From the NCBI GenBank assembly GCA_038231275.1, contig JBBRLQ010000001.1:544001-608000 (forward strand): 64,000 nucleotides of DNA, given 5' to 3'. Shown in pieces: positions 19,594 through 29,160 of this stretch. The DNA is from Polyangiales bacterium (GTDB taxonomy: Bacteria > Myxococcota_A > Polyangia > Polyangiales > Polyangiaceae). The notes beneath the pieces were generated by a model. It made no database searches. It saw nothing but the letters and a program-made list of their open reading frames with translations, and was not told the DNA's origin. Numbering within the stretch: position 1 is the stretch's first letter; every line of letters starts with the position of its first letter. The position numbers and the translations under genes are program-made.

Positions 19594-20277
19594 TCACGTG
19601 TCCCCGAGCACGAACCACAGCATCGCGTGCGCGGTCACCGGCGCGACGAGGGAGCGATCGGGGCCGCGGCCGCGCGCGATGCCGAACGCGAGGCCGAGGG
19701 CCGCCTTCATCGTGAAGCCAACGAAGCTGAAGTCGCGGTGCGACGCCGCGAAGACGATCGACGTGATGGCGAGCGCGCCGCAGAAACCGAGCTTCGCCTC
19801 GAGCGCGGGCTGCATGTAGCCGCGGTAAATCGACTCCTCCGTCGACGCCGCGCAGATGCCGACGAGGACGAAGTCGAGGCGTGTACGGAGGCCGCCTTGG
19901 AATGGCGCAAGCAGCGCCTCACCGAGGTGCATGCCCATCCCGACGAGGACCACGAGGATGATCGCCCAAAGTGCGAAGAATGCCACCAGACCGCGGCCGA
20001 CGTCGCGAGCACCGTCGAACCGCCAGCCGATCGCGCGCGGAGTGGTGCGGCCGACGGCGAAGAGGCCGAGCCCCAACACGACGCTCCACATCGCGACGAT
20101 CATCAAGACGCCGATCATGAGCTGCGCGTTCGAGCCGCTGAACCCGCGATCGCCCGGCGTAACGATGTGACGTCCGATCACCGAGAGGACGACGTACGTA
20201 CAAAGCAGGTGCCACGGCACGAGGAGGAGCGCGTGGACGATGCGCGACGTGCTGCCGAGCGGGAAGCGGGCCATCAC
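19594..20277 (-). CDS. CPBP/Abi (CAAX protease-like) intramembrane protease
   Basis: EESIYRGY, FAASH and AHAM motifs; multi-TM. Confidence 0.85.
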   Translation of the reverse strand: MMARFPLGSTSRIVHALLLVPWHLLCTYVVLSVIGRHIVTPGDRGFSGSNAQLMIGVLMIVAMWSVVLGLGLFAVGRTTPRAIGWRFDGARDVGRGLVAFFALWAIILVVLVGMGMHLGEALLAPFQGGLRTRLDFVLVGICAASTEESIYRGYMQPALEAKLGFCGALAITSIVFAASHRDFSFVGFTMKAALGLAFGIARGRGPDRSLVAPVTAHAMLWFVLGDT

Positions 20278-20347
20278 CGAGGTGTACGACGCTCCGCGCG
20301 GCCCGTCCTTGGGAAGCGAAGTTCGCGGTCAGCGCGGCGTGACGCGA

Positions 20348-20566
20348 TCAGCCGAGGAGCGCGAGGATCTCGTCCTCGCTCGTCGGGAAGCGGTTCGATT
20401 GCAGCTTCGAGAAGACGAGCCGCTCGTCACGGAAGACCTCGAACGATCCCCGATCGCCGGGCACGAGCTCGGCGGCGACGCCCTTGTCGGACTTGATCTT
20501 GGCCGCCAACCTGGCAGCCCGGGGCAAGTACCCTCAGGCGGAGCAGTATTCGATGCGAATCTTCAT
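20348..20566 (-). CDS. Rdx/SelW-family selenoprotein (CxxU), 72 aa
   Basis: ATG 20566: MKIRIEYCSA-[TGA 20536-20534]-GYLPRAARLAAKIKSDKGVAAELVPGDRGSFEVFRDERLVFSKLQSNRFPTSEDEILALLG*. Rdx motifs (IEYCxxU, GxFEV, FSK...RFP) continue past the TGA. Confidence 0.9.
20501..20519 (-). promoter_or_regulatory. Bacterial SECIS-like hairpin
   Basis: GGCUGCCA-GGU-UGGCGGCC begins at nt 15 after the UGA; apical GG(U) lies 23-25 nt after the UGA. Confidence 0.7.
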
Positions 20567-20666
20567 CTCCCTAACGCTTAGTGCTCGGCGCGCCGGTTCG
20601 CAAGCGCCGGCCGGTTAGGAGCCTCCTAGTCAGCGCGCCCCACACGCGCTACACACTGGCCGCGCC

Positions 20667-21629
20667 ATGGTGGACGACGCGCTCCTGACCGCGAATCTCG
20701 GCAACACGCTCGACGCCACGGATTTGCCGGCGCTCGGCGCAAAATACGAGGGCAAGGTCCGGGACAACTACACGACCAAGGACGGCCGGCGCTTCATCGT
20801 CGTGACCGATCGCATCAGCGCGTTCGATCGCGTCCTCGGCACGATCCCGTTCAAGGGGCAGGTCTTGAACCGCCTCGCCGCGTGGTGGTTTGAGGAGACG
20901 AAGGTCGTGGCGCCGAACCACCTCCTTCGCACGCCCGATCCCAACGTGCTCGAGTGCGTCGAGTGCACGCCGATCCTGGCCGAGATGGTGGTGCGCGCGT
21001 ACGTGACGGGCTCCACGTCGACGAGCATCTGGACGCACTACGAGGGCGGCGCCCGCGTCTTTTGCGGGCACCGCTTGCCGGACGGCCTGAAGAAGAACCA
21101 AAAGCTCCCCGCGCCGATCCTCACGCCGGCGACCAAGGCGCCGAAGGGCGAGCACGACATCTCCGGCTCGCGCGAAGAGATCCTCGCGACCGGCAACGTC
21201 ACCGCCGCCGACTTCGACGCGGCCGCGGCCATCGCGATGCGCCTGTTCGACGCCGGCCAGAAGATTTGCAGCGCGCGCGGGCTCATCCTCGTCGACACCA
21301 AGTACGAGATGGGCAAGACCAAGGACGGAAGGGTCGTCGTCATCGACGAGATCCACACGCCCGACTCGTCGCGCTTCTGGATGGCGGACTCCTACACGGC
21401 CCGCTTCGAGCGGGCCGAAGATCCCGAGCCGCTCGACAAGGACTACGTGCGGCGTCATTTCACCAAGCTCGGCTACCGCGGAGACGGGGCGCCGCCGCCC
21501 TTGCCCGATGACGTGCGCGTGGGCGCGGCGAAGCGGTACATCGAAGCGTTCGAGAAGATCACCGGCACCACGTTCACGCCCGACACCGCGCCGCCGATCG
21601 CGCGGATCGCCCGGAATTTAGGCCTCTAG
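20667..21629 (+). CDS. purC: SAICAR synthetase
   Basis: [26 protein letters not shown] and [13 protein letters not shown] motifs. Confidence 0.96.
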   Translation: MVDDALLTANLGNTLDATDLPALGAKYEGKVRDNYTTKDGRRFIVVTDRISAFDRVLGTIPFKGQVLNRLAAWWFEETKVVAPNHLLRTPDPNVLECVECTPILAEMVVRAYVTGSTSTSIWTHYEGGARVFCGHRLPDGLKKNQKLPAPILTPATKAPKGEHDISGSREEILATGNVTAADFDAAAAIAMRLFDAGQKICSARGLILVDTKYEMGKTKDGRVVVIDEIHTPDSSRFWMADSYTARFERAEDPEPLDKDYVRRHFTKLGYRGDGAPPPLPDDVRVGAAKRYIEAFEKITGTTFTPDTAPPIARIARNLGL

Positions 21630-21638
21630 GAGCACCCC

Positions 21639-21884
21639 ATGAAAGCCACCGTCCTCGTTCGCCTCAAGCCCGAAGTCCTCGACCCGCAGGGAGACGCGGT
21701 GCGCCGCGCGCTCGGCAAGCTCGGGTTCGAAGGCGTGAAGGGCGTGCGCGTCGGCAAGCTGATCGAGATCGAGCTGCCGGACTCGGCGGGCGCCGTGAAG
21801 GGGGAGCTCGAGAAGCGCCTCGCGAAGATGGCGGATGAGATGCTCGCGAATCCGGTCGTCGAGGACTTCGAGATTCGCCTCTAG
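21639..21884 (+). CDS. purS: FGAM synthase subunit PurS
   Basis: LKPEVLDPQG...VRVGK...LANPVVEDF; AGGAG RBS. Confidence 0.96.
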   Translation: MKATVLVRLKPEVLDPQGDAVRRALGKLGFEGVKGVRVGKLIEIELPDSAGAVKGELEKRLAKMADEMLANPVVEDFEIRL

Positions 21885-21906
21885 CCACCTCCCGTAAGCG
21901 TGCAGT

Positions 21907-23121
21907 CTACATGCTCATCGGCGTGGGCATGAAGAGCAGGCCGAAGATGAGGAGCGTGACGATCGCGATCGCCGCGCGCCCGACGCCGAGCGGAGCCGCA
22001 CCGGTCGGCGGGTGATCCAGGAGCGGGCTCGGGCGGAGCGCTCCGCTGCGGCGCTCCATCACGAGGAGCATCCCGAGGCCCACGAACCAGGCAATCCAGA
22101 GGAGCGCGCTGAAGTGCTCGCGGCCGTAGCTGGCGAGAAGGATGAGGCCCAGCGTCGCGATGGCGCGGGTGCGGGTGCCGAGCTCGTTGTCGTCGGTGCG
22201 ATCCGAGCGCTGCTTTCCCAGCGCGCCGAGGATGGCGAGCATCTCGAACCAGACGAGCCAGAAGACCGAGTTGCCGATGTGGGTCCCGAGGCGGTAGATG
22301 CCGAGGCCTGCGCGGAGATCGCGCAGCATGTAGCCGCCGAGGCTGACGAAGAAGAACGCGAGCATCGCGCGATGCACGACGCGCGCGAAGCGATCCTGCC
22401 GCGTGCCGAAGAGCGCGTACGCGACGTGACCGCCGTCGAGCTGGCCGACGGGGACCAGGTTGATCATCGTGACGAACATGCCGGCCCACGCGGCGAAGGC
22501 GACCGGGTGGAGCATGAGCGTCATCCCCTCCGGCGGCGAGGTCACAGCGAGGTGATCGAGGACGCGGAGGGCGATCGACTCGCCGAGCTCGACCGAGCCC
22601 TTCTCGCCGAGGGTCGAGACCGAAACGAGCGTCGAGTGCGCGGCGCCCCAGAAATACATTGGGATCGCGAAGCAGAGGCCCGCGAGCGGTCCCGACGCGC
22701 CGATGTCGAGGAGCGCCGCGCGCGTGGGGATGCTGCCGCGCATGCGGATGACGGCGCCCATCGTCCCGAACGGCGAGAGCATCGGGATGGGGATGAAATA
22801 GGGGAGCGACGCGTCGACCTTGTGGATGCGCGCGGTGATGAAGTGCCCGAGCTCGTGCGCGACCAGGATGGTGAGGAGCGCGCCGGCGAACTGGAGGCCG
22901 TGCACTACCGCCTCGGGGACCAAGAACGCGCGCAAGATGCCGAGCCGGCCCGGCGCGCTGATCGCGGATTGTGCGGCGTTGTCGCTGAGCACCGCGGTGG
23001 AGAAGACGCTCGCGACCGTGACGAGGAAGAGGACGAGGTTGGTGCGCCACTCGACCGGCGGCAGCTCGCCCGAGGGCGGCGGCGCGCTGGAGTGGCGCTC
23101 AGGAGGGGGAACGGAGGGCAT
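21907..23121 (-). CDS. Site-2 protease (peptidase M50)
   Basis: HELGH, GPLAG and NLVPVGQLDGGH motifs; multi-TM; start overlaps the upstream stop region. Confidence 0.9.
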   Translation of the reverse strand: MPSVPPPERHSSAPPPSGELPPVEWRTNLVLFLVTVASVFSTAVLSDNAAQSAISAPGRLGILRAFLVPEAVVHGLQFAGALLTILVAHELGHFITARIHKVDASLPYFIPIPMLSPFGTMGAVIRMRGSIPTRAALLDIGASGPLAGLCFAIPMYFWGAAHSTLVSVSTLGEKGSVELGESIALRVLDHLAVTSPPEGMTLMLHPVAFAAWAGMFVTMINLVPVGQLDGGHVAYALFGTRQDRFARVVHRAMLAFFFVSLGGYMLRDLRAGLGIYRLGTHIGNSVFWLVWFEMLAILGALGKQRSDRTDDNELGTRTRAIATLGLILLASYGREHFSALLWIAWFVGLGMLLVMERRSGALRPSPLLDHPPTGAAPLGVGRAAIAIVTLLIFGLLFMPTPMSM

Positions 23122-23734
23122 CGCGCAGGGTCTCGGCGAGGCGCGCGAGCTGCGGGGTAAGCCGCGCGTCGAGCGTGCCGAGATCGGTGTGGAGGACAAG
23201 GGAGCCGCGCGAGAGATCGTCGCGAGGAACGATCTCGACGGCGCCCGCGGGCACGCCGAGCGTCGCGATCAAGGTCTCGAGCGTCGCGGCGTCGGACGGG
23301 TGGGCTTCGATGCGTGCTCGCCGTGCGCCGCGCGCTTCGGCGAGGGCTTGCCGCGCGAGCATCGCGACCACCGCCGGATCGCGCTCGAGCGCGGCGCCCA
23401 CCATGCGCTCGGCGAGGAGTGCCGCGAGCTCGACGGCGCGACCGAGATCGCGCTCCGTGCGCGCCTCCTCCGCAGCGTGAAGGGTCAGGTAGAGCGCGGC
23501 CACCTTCGCGTGCTCGGCGGCGCGCGCGTCAGCGGTCGCGCGCTCGACCGCATCGACGAGCACCGATTTCGCGCGGGCCTCCGCGTCCGCGAGGATCGCG
23601 CGTGCCCGTGCACGCGCGTCGAGATCTTCCCGCGCGATGCGCCTCCCGGCGTAGCCAGGATCGACGCGCGGGGTCGCGGGCACGCCGGTCGTTCCGCTGC
23701 CTCGGACCACACGCCCGCGAAGGGTCACGCTCAC
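23099..23734 (-). CDS. FliH/SctL (YscL/HrpE) family protein
   Basis: N-terminal coiled coil (ARAILADAEARA), AERMVG, RIEAHPSD and DDLSRGSLVLHTDLGTLDARLTPQL motifs; GTGA overlap with upstream gene. Confidence 0.8.
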   Translation of the reverse strand: MSVTLRGRVVRGSGTTGVPATPRVDPGYAGRRIAREDLDARARARAILADAEARAKSVLVDAVERATADARAAEHAKVAALYLTLHAAEEARTERDLGRAVELAALLAERMVGAALERDPAVVAMLARQALAEARGARRARIEAHPSDAATLETLIATLGVPAGAVEIVPRDDLSRGSLVLHTDLGTLDARLTPQLARLAETLRDALRSPS

Positions 23735-23949
23735 GCGTCGCCCTCCAGATCGACCGCGGCGATCTCGCGCGCGATCGGGCCGAGACCGAGCGCCATCGCC
23801 TGTGCGCGCTGCGTCTTGCTCGCGCTCTTCATGAGGCCGGCCAGTCTCGTCGCCTCCGGATCGCGCACCGAAGACACGCACGCGAGCGCGTCCTCGGGAT
23901 CAACGCCGAGCGCGGCGCTCATCGCGACGAACGAGGTCTCCCAACTCAC
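23731..23949 (-). CDS. Small hypothetical protein (72 aa)
   Basis: GTG 23949 overlaps the MBL stop and its TGA overlaps the SctL start, so it is coupled at both ends. Confidence 0.7.
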   Translation of the reverse strand: MSWETSFVAMSAALGVDPEDALACVSSVRDPEATRLAGLMKSASKTQRAQAMALGLGPIAREIAAVDLEGDA

Positions 23950-24854
23950 GACGTCGAGACTACCACGTAGCGGTCGTCGTCCTTCCGCGCCTCGCCGTCT
24001 CGGATGAGCTTCACGAGGTGCGCCTCGAGCGAGAGCGCCGCGAACGGCCACATCATGACCGGCGTGTCGGCGTACGCGACGGGAACGAGGTCTCCGAGCG
24101 TCGCTCCGGTCTTTGGAGCCGCACGCAGCGCCGCGCGCACCTTCTCTTCACGCATCAGGCGATGCTGCACGTATTTGTCGAAGAGCGCGCTCGGGTCCGT
24201 AATCGGATCGCCGTGCGCCGGAAGCGCGACCGTCCCCTTCAGCGCGGACAGACGGCGGAGCTGCGCGAGGTACTCGAGCATGTCGCCTTCGCCGGGAGCG
24301 ATCAGGATCGTCCCGACGCTCGCCACCATGTCACCAACCACGAGCGCGCCGCTCTCCTCGTCGTGCAGGCACAAGTGCCCCGGCGCGTGCCCTGGCGTGA
24401 AGAGGACGCGCCATTTCTCCACGCGCGGCCCCTCGAGGACGATCTCGTCGCCGTCGTCGAGCAGGCGCGCGAACGGCACCTCGGGCACACGCTCCGCCGT
24501 CTTCGCGTGCCCCCACACCGGCAGCGCGAGCTCGCGCGAGAGGACGCCGATCCCTCCCACGTGATCGGGGTGATGGTGCGTCGCAAAGATCGCGAGCGGC
24601 TTTCGTCCCGCGCCTTCGAGCGCGCGCGCCCAGGCCAACCATTCGCGCTGCTCGTCGGCGTACGGCGTCGCCGGCTCGACGAGGAGCACCTCGCGCCCGC
24701 CCAGCGCGTAGCTGTTCGTGTGCGTCGCGGGAGGAAGGGTCGGGGTTCGCGCGTCGAAGATCGACACCGTGGCGGATGGTCCTCCCTGCCCCGCGTGTGC
24801 GTGACCGAGCTTCAGCTCGCGCGGTCTAAGCGGTGCGGCGGTGCTCGCGGTCAC
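23946..24854 (-). CDS. MBL-fold metallo-hydrolase (LACTB2-like)
   Basis: THHHPDHVGG, TPGHAPGH, VGD and PAHG motifs; C-terminal winged-helix-like segment. Confidence 0.9.
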   Translation of the reverse strand: MTASTAAPLRPRELKLGHAHAGQGGPSATVSIFDARTPTLPPATHTNSYALGGREVLLVEPATPYADEQREWLAWARALEGAGRKPLAIFATHHHPDHVGGIGVLSRELALPVWGHAKTAERVPEVPFARLLDDGDEIVLEGPRVEKWRVLFTPGHAPGHLCLHDEESGALVVGDMVASVGTILIAPGEGDMLEYLAQLRRLSALKGTVALPAHGDPITDPSALFDKYVQHRLMREEKVRAALRAAPKTGATLGDLVPVAYADTPVMMWPFAALSLEAHLVKLIRDGEARKDDDRYVVVSTS

Positions 24855-24943
24855 GGTGGAAATAGAACTAGCACCTGCGAATGCGCCTTGCGCGCCCCGG
24901 TGCCCGCGTTGCAGGATGCAGCGATTTTTCTCTTGGAGGAACG

Positions 24944-26416
24944 ATGAACAAGCTTCTTTGCGGTGCGCTCGCAGTCTCTTCGCTCGTCGGCGTGGTCGTC
25001 GCGTGCAACGGCAACGACGGCGCGGTGGGCGCGGCGGGTCCGGCGGGCAACAACGCGACCGGTACCGGCGGCAACGGTGCGAACGGCACCGACGGCGTCA
25101 ACGGCGTCAACGGCGAGGGCGGCGCCGCGGTGGTCGTCTCCGCGCTCGCGAAGCATGGCCTCGACATCTCCCCCGTCGCGCCCAACCTCGTCGGCCTCAC
25201 GGGCGACCAGATCGAGCAGATCGGTCAGGGCAGCTACCTCGTCAACGCCGTCGCCGACTGCGCGGGATGCCACAACGATCCCGCCGGGACCGCGCCCGGC
25301 AATTTCCTCGCCGGCGGCAACGTGTTCCCCGTTGGCGCAGGCACCTTCGTCACGTCGCGCAACCTCACGTCGGACAAGACGACGGGCATGAAGCTCACCG
25401 AGGCGCAGTTCATCGAGGTCTTCCGCACCGGCAAAGACTTCGCGATCCCCGCCGACGCCGGCGCTGCAGAGGCGCTCCTCGTCATGCCGTGGGAGTCGTT
25501 CCGTTGGATGTCGACCGGCGACATCAAGGCGATTTACGCCTACCTCAAGGCGATCCCGGCCGCGGTGCCGACGCTGCCGATCAAAGACAACAAGGGGGTC
25601 TCTCCGCAGCCCGTCCCCTACACCGGTCAGTACGCCGACGGACAGATCGCGCGCACGCTTCCGCCGGAGGACGACGGGCAAGGCGGCGCCGTCCCGGATC
25701 CCGGGAGCGTTCTCCGCGGGCTCGCCGTCGACGCGATCGACAACACCAAGGCAATCCAGGCGCCGCCGCCCGGCGAGGTCGGTCAGTACGGCCGCGGCGC
25801 GTACCTCGTCAACGCCGTCGCCGATTGCAGCGGCTGCCACACCAACCCCGAGCGCGTGAGCGGCAAGGTCAACGTCGCGCAGTACATGACGGGCGGCCGC
25901 GTCTTCCCGACGCCCGGGCCTTTGCAGCCGCTGCTCAAGACCGCGCGCGTCATGTCGGCGAACCTCCTCGGCCCGAACGGCTTCTTCGTCACCGCCGATC
26001 TGCCCATTTTTCTCGCGTCGATCACGCAAGGCGTCCACGCCGACGATCCCCCTCCGCAGGCTCCGCTCGGCTTCCCGATGCCCGCGCGCGTCTTCCGGAA
26101 CATGACGATCGGCGATCTCGAGGCCGTCTACACGTACATGCGCCAGGTCGCCACCGCGGTCCCGGGCGGACGAACGGACAAGCAAATCCGCCCAACCGCG
26201 CTCTACTGCGCGTCCGACGCGGATTGCGGCGGCGTGGCCGGCGCATGCGATCTGCCGAACAAGGAGTGCACGCAGAAGACGTGCGGCAGCAACGCCGACT
26301 GCCCCGTGTGCCAGACCTGCACGGGCTCCGGCGGCACGAAGTGTGAGGCACAGCACGACGCCGCCGGCGACGCGGGGCCGCCGGCGCTCTCGATCTGCAT
26401 CGCCGCCGGACTCTGA
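24944..26416 (+). CDS. Diheme c-type cytochrome lipoprotein
   Basis: GGAGG RBS, lipobox VVAC, two GxYLVNAVADCxGCH repeats (CAGCH, CSGCH), Gly-rich linker, Cys-rich tail. Confidence 0.85.
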   Translation: MNKLLCGALAVSSLVGVVVACNGNDGAVGAAGPAGNNATGTGGNGANGTDGVNGVNGEGGAAVVVSALAKHGLDISPVAPNLVGLTGDQIEQIGQGSYLVNAVADCAGCHNDPAGTAPGNFLAGGNVFPVGAGTFVTSRNLTSDKTTGMKLTEAQFIEVFRTGKDFAIPADAGAAEALLVMPWESFRWMSTGDIKAIYAYLKAIPAAVPTLPIKDNKGVSPQPVPYTGQYADGQIARTLPPEDDGQGGAVPDPGSVLRGLAVDAIDNTKAIQAPPPGEVGQYGRGAYLVNAVADCSGCHTNPERVSGKVNVAQYMTGGRVFPTPGPLQPLLKTARVMSANLLGPNGFFVTADLPIFLASITQGVHADDPPPQAPLGFPMPARVFRNMTIGDLEAVYTYMRQVATAVPGGRTDKQIRPTALYCASDADCGGVAGACDLPNKECTQKTCGSNADCPVCQTCTGSGGTKCEAQHDAAGDAGPPALSICIAAGL

Positions 26417-26455
26417 TTCGGACTCGGACCGCTTCGTTCGGCGCGGTGGAGGTTC

Positions 26456-26486
26456 AAGGGCTGACCGGAAAAGCCGCTCAGCCCTT
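26456..26486. terminator. Hairpin between convergent genes
   Basis: AAGGGCTGA...TCAGCCCTT inverted repeat followed by TCCTT. Confidence 0.55.
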
Positions 26487-26526
26487 TCCTTCAGGAGTCG
26501 TTTCGCTCCGCTGCGCTTCGCTCCAC

Positions 26527-27711
26527 TCAGCGCTCGACGACGAGGGCCAGTGCTTCACCGCCGCCGATGCACAAGGTCGCGAGGCCGCGCTTCTTGTTCT
26601 GATCCTTCATCGCGTAGAGGAGGGTCGTCAGGATGCGCGCGCCGCTCGCGCCGATCGGATGACCGAGCGCCACCGCGCCGCCGCGCACGTTCACGCGGCC
26701 GAGATCGATGCCCGCGAGCTGCGCGCACACCATGCTGACGACCGCGAAGGCCTCGTTGATTTCATAGAGGTCCACGTCGCCCGGCTTGATGCCGAGGCGC
26801 GCGCACACCGCGTCGATCGCCTTGGCCGGCGCCGTCGTGAACCACTCGGGGGCCTGCGCGGCGCCCGCGTAGCCGGTGATGCGGCCGAGGACATCGAGCT
26901 TGTGCTCCTTCACGGCCTTCTCGCTCGCGAGGACGAGCGCGCTCGCGCCGTCGTTGATCGACGCGGCGTTCGCGGCGGTGATCGTCCCGTCCTTGCCGAA
27001 CGCGGGGCGGAGGCCGGCCATCTTCGTGGGGTCGCCCTTGCTGGGGCCCTCGTCGAGCTTCACCTGGATCGGGTCGCCCTTCTTTTGCGCGACGGCGACG
27101 GGCGTGATCTCCGCGTCGAACATCCCTTCCTTCTGCGCGGCGAGGGCGCGACGGAAGCTCTCCTTCGCGTACTCGTCCTGCGCCTCGCGCGAGACCTTGT
27201 ACTCGGCGGCGCACTTGTCGCCGCACGTGCCCATGTGGACGTTGCCGTACGGATCCCAGAGGCCGTCGTGGATCATCCCGTCGATGACCGTCGCGTTGCC
27301 CATGCGGTAACCCTGGCGCGCGCGGTCGAGGTAGTAGGGCGCGTTCGACATCGACTCCATGCCGCCCGCGACGACGATCTCCGCGTCGCCGAGCGCGATC
27401 GTCTTCGCGCCGAAGATGACGGCCTGGAGGCCCGAGCCGCAGACCTTGCTCACGGTCGTCGCCGGCGTCTTGTCGGGAATTCCGGCGCCCTTCATGGCCT
27501 GGCGGGCGGGGGCCTGGCCGAGGCCGGCCGAAAGCACGTTGCCCATGAAGACCTCGCCGATGAGGTCGGGGGACACCTTCGCGCGCTCGACGGCGGACCG
27601 GATCGCGGTCGCGCCGAGCTGAGGCGCGGTGAGGCTCGACAGGACGCCCTGGAAGGCGCCGACCGGCGTACGGGTCGCGGAAACGATGTAGACGGGCGGA
27701 AAGCTGGCCAT
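26527..27711 (-). CDS. Acetyl-CoA acetyltransferase (thiolase)
   Basis: VSKVCGSG, EINEAF, GGAVALGHPIGASG and LCIGGG motifs. Confidence 0.96.
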   Translation of the reverse strand: MASFPPVYIVSATRTPVGAFQGVLSSLTAPQLGATAIRSAVERAKVSPDLIGEVFMGNVLSAGLGQAPARQAMKGAGIPDKTPATTVSKVCGSGLQAVIFGAKTIALGDAEIVVAGGMESMSNAPYYLDRARQGYRMGNATVIDGMIHDGLWDPYGNVHMGTCGDKCAAEYKVSREAQDEYAKESFRRALAAQKEGMFDAEITPVAVAQKKGDPIQVKLDEGPSKGDPTKMAGLRPAFGKDGTITAANAASINDGASALVLASEKAVKEHKLDVLGRITGYAGAAQAPEWFTTAPAKAIDAVCARLGIKPGDVDLYEINEAFAVVSMVCAQLAGIDLGRVNVRGGAVALGHPIGASGARILTTLLYAMKDQNKKRGLATLCIGGGEALALVVER

Positions 27712-27900
27712 TTCTGAGCTCCGGGTGGGATTCGAGGGAGGGCCTGGCGACATGACCAGCGCGGCCTCCGGGAGGCGACCTTATACCGCCGAAACATGGG
27801 TCGCGCGACCGCGCTTGCCTAGTCCATGCCTCTTCGCTAGGTTGCCCGCCCCGCATCCCACGCGACACCCACGACTCCAGAAAGAGCGCGAGAAGAGAAC

Positions 27901-28329
27901 ATGGCCGCCAAGAAGTCCGCCGCCGCCGCCGCCCCCAAGACGGGCGCCGCCGACGCGAAGAAGAAGCCCGCGAAGAAATCCGCCGCCACTTTTACCGGCG
28001 AGAGCAAGCTCGCGAAGTTCCTCACCACCCAGAAGCTCGACCCGCGCCGCGTGCTCGCGGCCTCGCACTCGCTCGAGTCGCTCCGTCACGAGGACCGCAC
28101 CATCAAGCTCGCCCGCCGCCGCGCGCGGGTTGGCGAAGACGCAGAGAAGAAGGCGGAGGCGCTCAAGTCGAAGCCCCGCTCCGGTCGCGCGGTGACGCAT
28201 CGCGCCATGACTGCGGCGATGACCGGCGGCAAGCTCCCCGGCCCGACCAAGACGCGCATTCTTCGCGCGGTGAACCACCTCCTCGAGACGAAGAAGCAGG
28301 ACAAGGTCGAGCTGAAGGCGCTCTTCTAG
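27901..28329 (+). CDS. Small highly basic Lys/Ala-rich protein
   Basis: MAAKKSAAAAAPK...KKKPAKK N-terminal tail; strongly biased codons. Confidence 0.8.
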   Translation: MAAKKSAAAAAPKTGAADAKKKPAKKSAATFTGESKLAKFLTTQKLDPRRVLAASHSLESLRHEDRTIKLARRRARVGEDAEKKAEALKSKPRSGRAVTHRAMTAAMTGGKLPGPTKTRILRAVNHLLETKKQDKVELKALF

Positions 28330-28533
28330 AGGCCGCCGTCGTCGAGCTTACGCATGAAATGACCGGTTTTTTCGGTCTCGCGCCGGGGGGGCGTGAATGC
28401 TCGGTCGTTCCGTCGCATCCTATATTCCGTGGCCACTGCTGCGCTCTTTCCTCATCCGTTCCCGACCGCGTTCCCGGGAGGTTCGGGGTCCGTGGCGTCG
28501 TCGTACTCGGGCCACGGTCGCGCGGGGGCTTCC

Positions 28534-29160
28534 ATGACTGAGGAGGACTCCCTCGTCGCGACGGCCGCCGCCGGCGACAAGGCTGCTTTCCGTGCACTCT
28601 ACACGCGTCACCGCGCCGACGTCGCGCGCCTCGTCTACCGAATGCTCGGCGCGCGGAGCGATCTCGACGACGTCATCCAGGAGGTCTTCTTCCAGGTCTA
28701 CAAGAGCCTGAAGGACTTCCGCGGCAAATCGAAGTTCTCGACCTGGCTCCACCGCGTGACCGTCAACGTCGTCCTCATGCACCGCCGCGCCGCGAAGAGC
28801 CGGCCGGTGTACGCGGAGGAGACGGCGCAGGACCTGACGCCGGACGACGACGCGGTCTTGCCGGACGAGGACGCCGATCGCCGCGCCCGCGTCCGTGCCT
28901 TCGCGCGTGTGCTCGCGCGTCTCGCCGACAAGAAGCGCGTCGTCTTCGTCCTGCACGAGCTCGAGGGCATGGCCCCGAGCGAGATCGCGGACGTCGTCGG
29001 CGCGCCGGTCCTCACCGTTCGCACGCGCCTCTTCTACGCGCGCCGCGAGATCGAGGAGATGCTTCGCGACGAGCCTTCGCTCGCGCCGCTTCGTGCTCGC
29101 TTCGCAAAACCCGGTGAGGCCGTGGCGCGCCGAGAGACCCCCGAGGAGGGCGAGGCATGA
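28534..29160 (+). CDS. ECF sigma factor
   Basis: DDVIQEVF, FSTWLHRVTVN and EIADVVG...TVRTRLFYAR motifs. Confidence 0.93.
   Translation: MTEEDSLVATAAAGDKAAFRALYTRHRADVARLVYRMLGARSDLDDVIQEVFFQVYKSLKDFRGKSKFSTWLHRVTVNVVLMHRRAAKSRPVYAEETAQDLTPDDDAVLPDEDADRRARVRAFARVLARLADKKRVVFVLHELEGMAPSEIADVVGAPVLTVRTRLFYARREIEEMLRDEPSLAPLRARFAKPGEAVARRETPEEGEA

Noticed and set aside
20569-20620. CCCTAAC...GTTAGGA attC-like ends between the selenoprotein gene and purC
   Set aside because: It is only about 52 bp, mismatches the RYYYAAC/GTTRRRY consensus, is single copy, and has no integron integrase nearby.
26299-26313. CPVCQ as a third heme site
   Set aside because: It lacks the His of CxxCH and belongs to the Cys-rich tail.
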